This document shows, one piece after another, positions 60,194-64,000 of a stretch of 64,000 nucleotides of DNA. Numbering within the stretch: position 1 is the stretch's first letter; every line of letters starts with the position of its first letter. The notes beneath the pieces are model-generated. The model saw only the letters and a list, made by a program, of their open reading frames with translations, was not told the DNA's origin and made no database searches. Location of the stretch: contig CBDUGP010000002.1 of NCBI GenBank assembly GCA_965366625.1, positions 153,561 to 217,560 on the forward strand, read 5' to 3'. The position numbers were made by a program, and so were the translations under genes. Source of the stretch: an uncultured bacterium. Its GTDB lineage: Bacteria > Acidobacteriota > Thermoanaerobaculia > Multivoradales > J023.

Positions 60194-61032
60194 CGGGCAC
60201 CACCCGCAATGCGGTTCTTGCTGCGTTCACTGTCCTGGCGGGGACCTGGGTCCTGGCGGGGACCTGGGTCGTCTCCGTCCTTTCGCGGCGCGGTGGACTT
60301 GACGCCCGCTCCCTTGGGCCCCGGTGGCCGGCGCCGCGTGCTCTTTTGGTAGAGGGGGTCCTCATAGGCGAGGCAGCATAGGAGCCGTCCACACTGTCCG
60401 GAAATTTTAGACGGGTTGAGGCTGAGGTTCTGTCGTTTCGCCATCTGGATGGAGATGGGCTTGAAGTCTGTGAGCCAGGACGAGCAGCAAAGGGTTCGGC
60501 CACAGATGCCGATACCGCCGAGCAGGGCTGCTTCATCCCGTGCGCCGACTTGGACCATTTTGACCCGAGTGGAAAAGCGTCGCGCGAGGTCGCGCACCAG
60601 CTGCCGGAAGTCCACCCTACCGTTGGCGGTAAAATAGAAAGTCGCGTGCCGCCCGTTGAGTGAGATCTCGACCTTAGACACTTTCATTTCCAGCTTCAGC
60701 TCTTGGGCCCGCTGGCGACAAAATTGTTTGGCGGTGATCTCGGTTTTGATCTTCCGTGCTTGGGCCTGGCGGTCCTCGTCGGAAGCTGGGCGCACGATCT
60801 TGCGCGCGCTGGACTTCTGACAAGGCTTGAAAATAGGCATCGGGGATTTTTCAACCCGGCCGTACGCCGGGCCGTCGTCGAGTTCGACGATGACCTTGGC
60901 GTCTTTGCCGAAGAGTCTGCCATCCGTTCGGCAGAGGGTGAGGTTGGTCTCCTCACCAAAGCGGACGCCGACGTACGTGTCTTCCACGGCCGTAGACATC
61001 CCTTTAAAGCTGCAACCGCCACAACCACCCAT
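60190..61032 (-). CDS. ricT: PSP1-domain Fe-S protein RicT (YaaT)
   Basis: FYFTANGRVDFRQLVRDLA, GARDEA..LGGIGICGR.LCC, MAKRQNLSLNPSKISGQCGRLLCCL.YE; probable start MGGCGGC at 61032. Confidence 0.92.
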   Translation of the reverse strand: MGGCGGCSFKGMSTAVEDTYVGVRFGEETNLTLCRTDGRLFGKDAKVIVELDDGPAYGRVEKSPMPIFKPCQKSSARKIVRPASDEDRQAQARKIKTEITAKQFCRQRAQELKLEMKVSKVEISLNGRHATFYFTANGRVDFRQLVRDLARRFSTRVKMVQVGARDEAALLGGIGICGRTLCCSSWLTDFKPISIQMAKRQNLSLNPSKISGQCGRLLCCLAYEDPLYQKSTRRRPPGPKGAGVKSTAPRKDGDDPGPRQDPGPRQDSERSKNRIAGGAR

Positions 61033-61179
61033 AATTTCATCCGGTGGATAATTAACAGAATATTCGCGCAGGTGGCGCGATCGAGCTTCCATCCGAGGTC
61101 GTACCGGCTTCGAAGCCGGTTTAAAGCCTGCTGTCTAAACGTCGTAGCTAAAGGAACCTCGGAGGAAGACGTTGCCGCC

Positions 61180-61209
61180 ATTATGGCAGTCAATTGGAAA
61201 GACTGTCAA
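61180..61209 (-). promoter_or_regulatory. Sigma70-type promoter for ricT-hfq-like
   Basis: Minus strand reads TTGACA-N18-CATAAT with an extended -10 TGn. Confidence 0.75.
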
Positions 61210-61357
61210 CGATTCTTGCCGCAGTGCGACGTCGCCCGTTCTGGGTTGAGCCGCCGTTTGGCCGCGGGACCGAAAATGCTACCCTGGGGATTGGGAACCG
61301 TGAAGCCATGCGTTCCCACACCCTTTACTGCACACCACACCACATCGACCGAGATAA

Positions 61358-63412
61358 ATGATGATCCAAACCTCACCTCGACCCTCAGCCGCCGGGCTTT
61401 CTGCCCTGCTCGTGATCGGCTTCACCTTGCTCGTGACCGGCCCCAGTGCTTTCGGTTGTGGCCATTCGATGGCGGCGCCGCAGACGGGAGCGACGCCGTC
61501 GTCGGTGTCGACGTCAAGCTCGGCATCTTCGGAGGGCCAAGCTACCGCCGCGGATTGTCCTCCGGCCGCGGAGAATCCGCAGCGAGCCCACGCCGACGTG
61601 CTCGACCCGTTCTGGATGCCCCTGCGCGAGCGGGTGCAGCAAGCCTTGGCCCAAAAATACGACGTCTTCTACGGGTTCAAATTCGAGGATTCCGTGGAAG
61701 CCACCGGCATCACCTTCAAACACCAAATCGTCGACGATGCGGGTCGCGACTACAAAGCGGTGCACTACGACCACGGCAACGGCGTCGCCGCCGCGGACGT
61801 GGACGGCGATGGGCGCTTGGACCTCTATTTCACCAGCCAGATGGGCCCCAACGAGCTGTGGCGAAATAAGGGCGGTGGAAAGTTTGAGAATTGGACCGAG
61901 CGCGCCGGTGTTGCGGTAGCGGATCGGATCAGTGTGGCGGGATCGTTCGGCGATATCGATAATGACGGCGATCCGGACCTCTTCGTGACCACCGTCCGCC
62001 ATGGCAACTTGCTCTTCCGCAACGACGGAGGCGGCAAATTCACCGACATTTCCAAGGCGGCTGGGATCGACCACGTGGGCCACTCGTCCGGCGCGGTCTT
62101 CTTTGATTTCAACCACGACGGCCTGCTCGACTTGTTCGTGACCAACGTCGGCAAATATACCGGCGAGACCCAAGGACGAGGAGGATATTGGATCGGTTAT
62201 GCCGACGCATTTTCCGGCCACGTCTTCCCGGATCGCACTGAGAACAGCATCCTCTACCGGAATGTGGGCGGCAAACGATTCGAGGATGTCAGCGCTGAGA
62301 TGGGTTTGGTGGATGGCAGCTGGTCCGGCGACGCCGGCCTGATCGACGCCAACGATGATGGTTGGATGGACCTCTATCTGTTGAATATGCAAGGCCATGA
62401 CGAGCTGTGGATCAACGAAAAAGGGAACCGCTTCGTCAAACAGAGCCGAAAGTACTTCCCGGCGACCCCATGGGGAGCCATGGGCATCCAGATCTTCGAT
62501 TTCAATAATGACGGACGCCAAGACATCTTCGTCACCGACATGCACACCGACATGATCGAGGTGCTGCCGCCGCAAAAAGAGAAGTCGAAGATGACCAAGA
62601 ACCGTCCGGTTGAAGCATTGGCCACGGATGGCAACCACGTGTTGGGCAATGCCCTCTTCCGCAACGACGGCGGCGGTAAGTTCACCGAGGTCTCTGAGTC
62701 CATGGGTGCTGAGAACTTCTGGCCTTGGGGTCTCTCCTCCGGCGATCTCAACGCCGACGGCTGGGACGACGTCTACATCACCTCGAGCATGAACTATCCG
62801 TGGCGATACGGTGTCAGCTCCCTATTGCTCAATGAAAAGGGCAAGCGCTTCGTCGACAGTGAGTTCCTGGTGGGTGTGGAGCCGAGAAAAGGCGGCGCGA
62901 CCGCCAAACCGTGGTTCGTGCTCAATTGCTCGGGTGCCGACTCCGAGCACAGCGATTGCAAAGGCAAAACCGGCTGCATCACGGTGATGGGTGCGCTCGG
63001 TACCCGTTCCTCCGTGGTCTTCGATCTCGAAGGTGACGGCGATCTCGACATCGTCACCAACGAATTCAATGCCGAGCCTATGGTCTTGGTCAGCAATCTG
63101 TCCGAAAAACAGCCGGTCAACTTCATCGAGGTCGACCTTGAGGGCACCACCACCAATCGCCAGGGATTGGGTGCCACGGTCAAGGTCACGGCGGGTGACC
63201 AAACCTACGTCAAGGTCAATGACGGAGAGTCGGGATATCTCTCCCACAGCGATATTCCGCTCTATTTCGGCCTGGGAGACGCGAAAAAAGTCGATCGGAT
63301 CGAGGTGCTCTGGCCGTCGGGCATGAGTCAAACCGTCGACGGGCCGAAGATCAATGCTCGGGCAGTGGTGAAAGAGCCTGCGGCGAAGAAGGCGGTGGCC
63401 GATCAGGAATGA
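61358..63412 (+). CDS. CRTAC1-family FG-GAP + ASPIC/UnbV lipoprotein (distinct subfamily)
   Basis: AFGC lipobox, DxDxDGxxD repeats, N.GGGKF repeats and SGYLSHS..LYFGLG..IEVLWPSG. Confidence 0.9.
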   Translation: MMIQTSPRPSAAGLSALLVIGFTLLVTGPSAFGCGHSMAAPQTGATPSSVSTSSSASSEGQATAADCPPAAENPQRAHADVLDPFWMPLRERVQQALAQKYDVFYGFKFEDSVEATGITFKHQIVDDAGRDYKAVHYDHGNGVAAADVDGDGRLDLYFTSQMGPNELWRNKGGGKFENWTERAGVAVADRISVAGSFGDIDNDGDPDLFVTTVRHGNLLFRNDGGGKFTDISKAAGIDHVGHSSGAVFFDFNHDGLLDLFVTNVGKYTGETQGRGGYWIGYADAFSGHVFPDRTENSILYRNVGGKRFEDVSAEMGLVDGSWSGDAGLIDANDDGWMDLYLLNMQGHDELWINEKGNRFVKQSRKYFPATPWGAMGIQIFDFNNDGRQDIFVTDMHTDMIEVLPPQKEKSKMTKNRPVEALATDGNHVLGNALFRNDGGGKFTEVSESMGAENFWPWGLSSGDLNADGWDDVYITSSMNYPWRYGVSSLLLNEKGKRFVDSEFLVGVEPRKGGATAKPWFVLNCSGADSEHSDCKGKTGCITVMGALGTRSSVVFDLEGDGDLDIVTNEFNAEPMVLVSNLSEKQPVNFIEVDLEGTTTNRQGLGATVKVTAGDQTYVKVNDGESGYLSHSDIPLYFGLGDAKKVDRIEVLWPSGMSQTVDGPKINARAVVKEPAAKKAVADQE

Positions 63413-63446
63413 CGTGCTGAGAAAGTAGCGGAGCGCGATTCGGGCG

Positions 63447-64000
63447 TCAGGTCCCTTGCAGGATCCGGCGCCCGATGTCCGTGCGCAAGATCTTGTTGGG
63501 CCACTGAATGTGGGTGGATGCCGAGTAGGCTTTCTTGAGGGCATCTCGCAGCTGGGGGCCGGTGGCGCAGACGTTCAGCACCCGTCCGCCGGCCGCCACG
63601 ATCTTGTCGCCCTTGGTGGCCGTGCCCGCATGGAAGACTTCGAGCCCCTCTTGGCCCACTAGACGGTCCAGGCCTTCGATCGGATCTCCCTTGGCGGGCT
63701 TTTCTGGATAGCCCTTGCTGGCGAGCACCACGCAGGCGGCGTGTTCTTTGAGGAAACCCATTCGTAGGGTTTCGAATCGCCCGGCCGCAGCCTGCTCCAG
63801 AATTGGCATGAGGTCCGTGTTCATGCGCATCATCAAGGGTTGGGTTTCTGGATCCCCGAAGCGCACGTTGTATTCGAGCACTTTCGGACCCGCGTCGGTG
63901 ATCATCAGGCCGGTGTAGAGCACACCCATGAAGTCGCGATTCTCCATCGCCATGCCGGCCAGGGTCGGACGGACGATCTCCTCTAAGACCTGGGCGCCGA
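63447..64000 (-). CDS. purD: Phosphoribosylamine-glycine ligase, 3' partial
   Basis: GVLYTGLM, VLEYNVRFGDPETQ, VVLASKGYP, FHAGT, GGRVL and RTDIG motifs. Confidence 0.95.
   Translation of the reverse strand, partial: GAQVLEEIVRPTLAGMAMENRDFMGVLYTGLMITDAGPKVLEYNVRFGDPETQPLMMRMNTDLMPILEQAAAGRFETLRMGFLKEHAACVVLASKGYPEKPAKGDPIEGLDRLVGQEGLEVFHAGTATKGDKIVAAGGRVLNVCATGPQLRDALKKAYSASTHIQWPNKILRTDIGRRILQGT

Noticed and set aside
60703-61869. 388-aa plus-strand ORF across ricT and the CRTAC1 start
   Set aside because: Overlaps two well-supported genes and a promoter; composition is not protein-like.

Overview
GC-rich bacterial chromosome window, most likely an Acidobacteriota member (inferred from the acidobacterial-type VWA proteins, Oar-type TonB receptor and Hfq paralogue). 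It spans the probable replication origin. It opens with the 3' end of mutY, then a DnaA-box cluster with no adjacent dnaA, then dnaN-recF-gyrB-gyrA, a fsa/CPBP/M20/CYTH/nucleotidyltransferase run and a parS-like site. Bases 13.1-46.6 kb hold a large cell-envelope cluster of four translationally coupled operons around a probably sigma54-driven TonB-dependent receptor. These encode VWA proteins, FG-GAP/ASPIC-UnbV (CRTAC1-like) propeller lipoproteins, a family of paralogous TPR lipoproteins and two TPR-fused enzymes (an SGNH hydrolase and a Thr-type 'sulfatase'). A SWIM-SNF2 helicase and a PAS hybrid kinase interrupt the cluster. The remainder has secreted peptidases (one frameshifted), a rhodanese-containing thiI, dcp, a minus-strand run ricT-hfq-like-fadL-pdxA-pckA preceded by a strong sigma70 promoter and a structured leader, a third CRTAC1-like gene and the 3' end of purD. 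I saw no rRNA, tRNA, CRISPR array or transposase. The best candidates for undescribed systems are the VWA + FG-GAP propeller + TPR + TBDR envelope system and the coupled RicT-Hfq-like module with its leader RNA. All family calls come from motif recognition by eye, not database searches.
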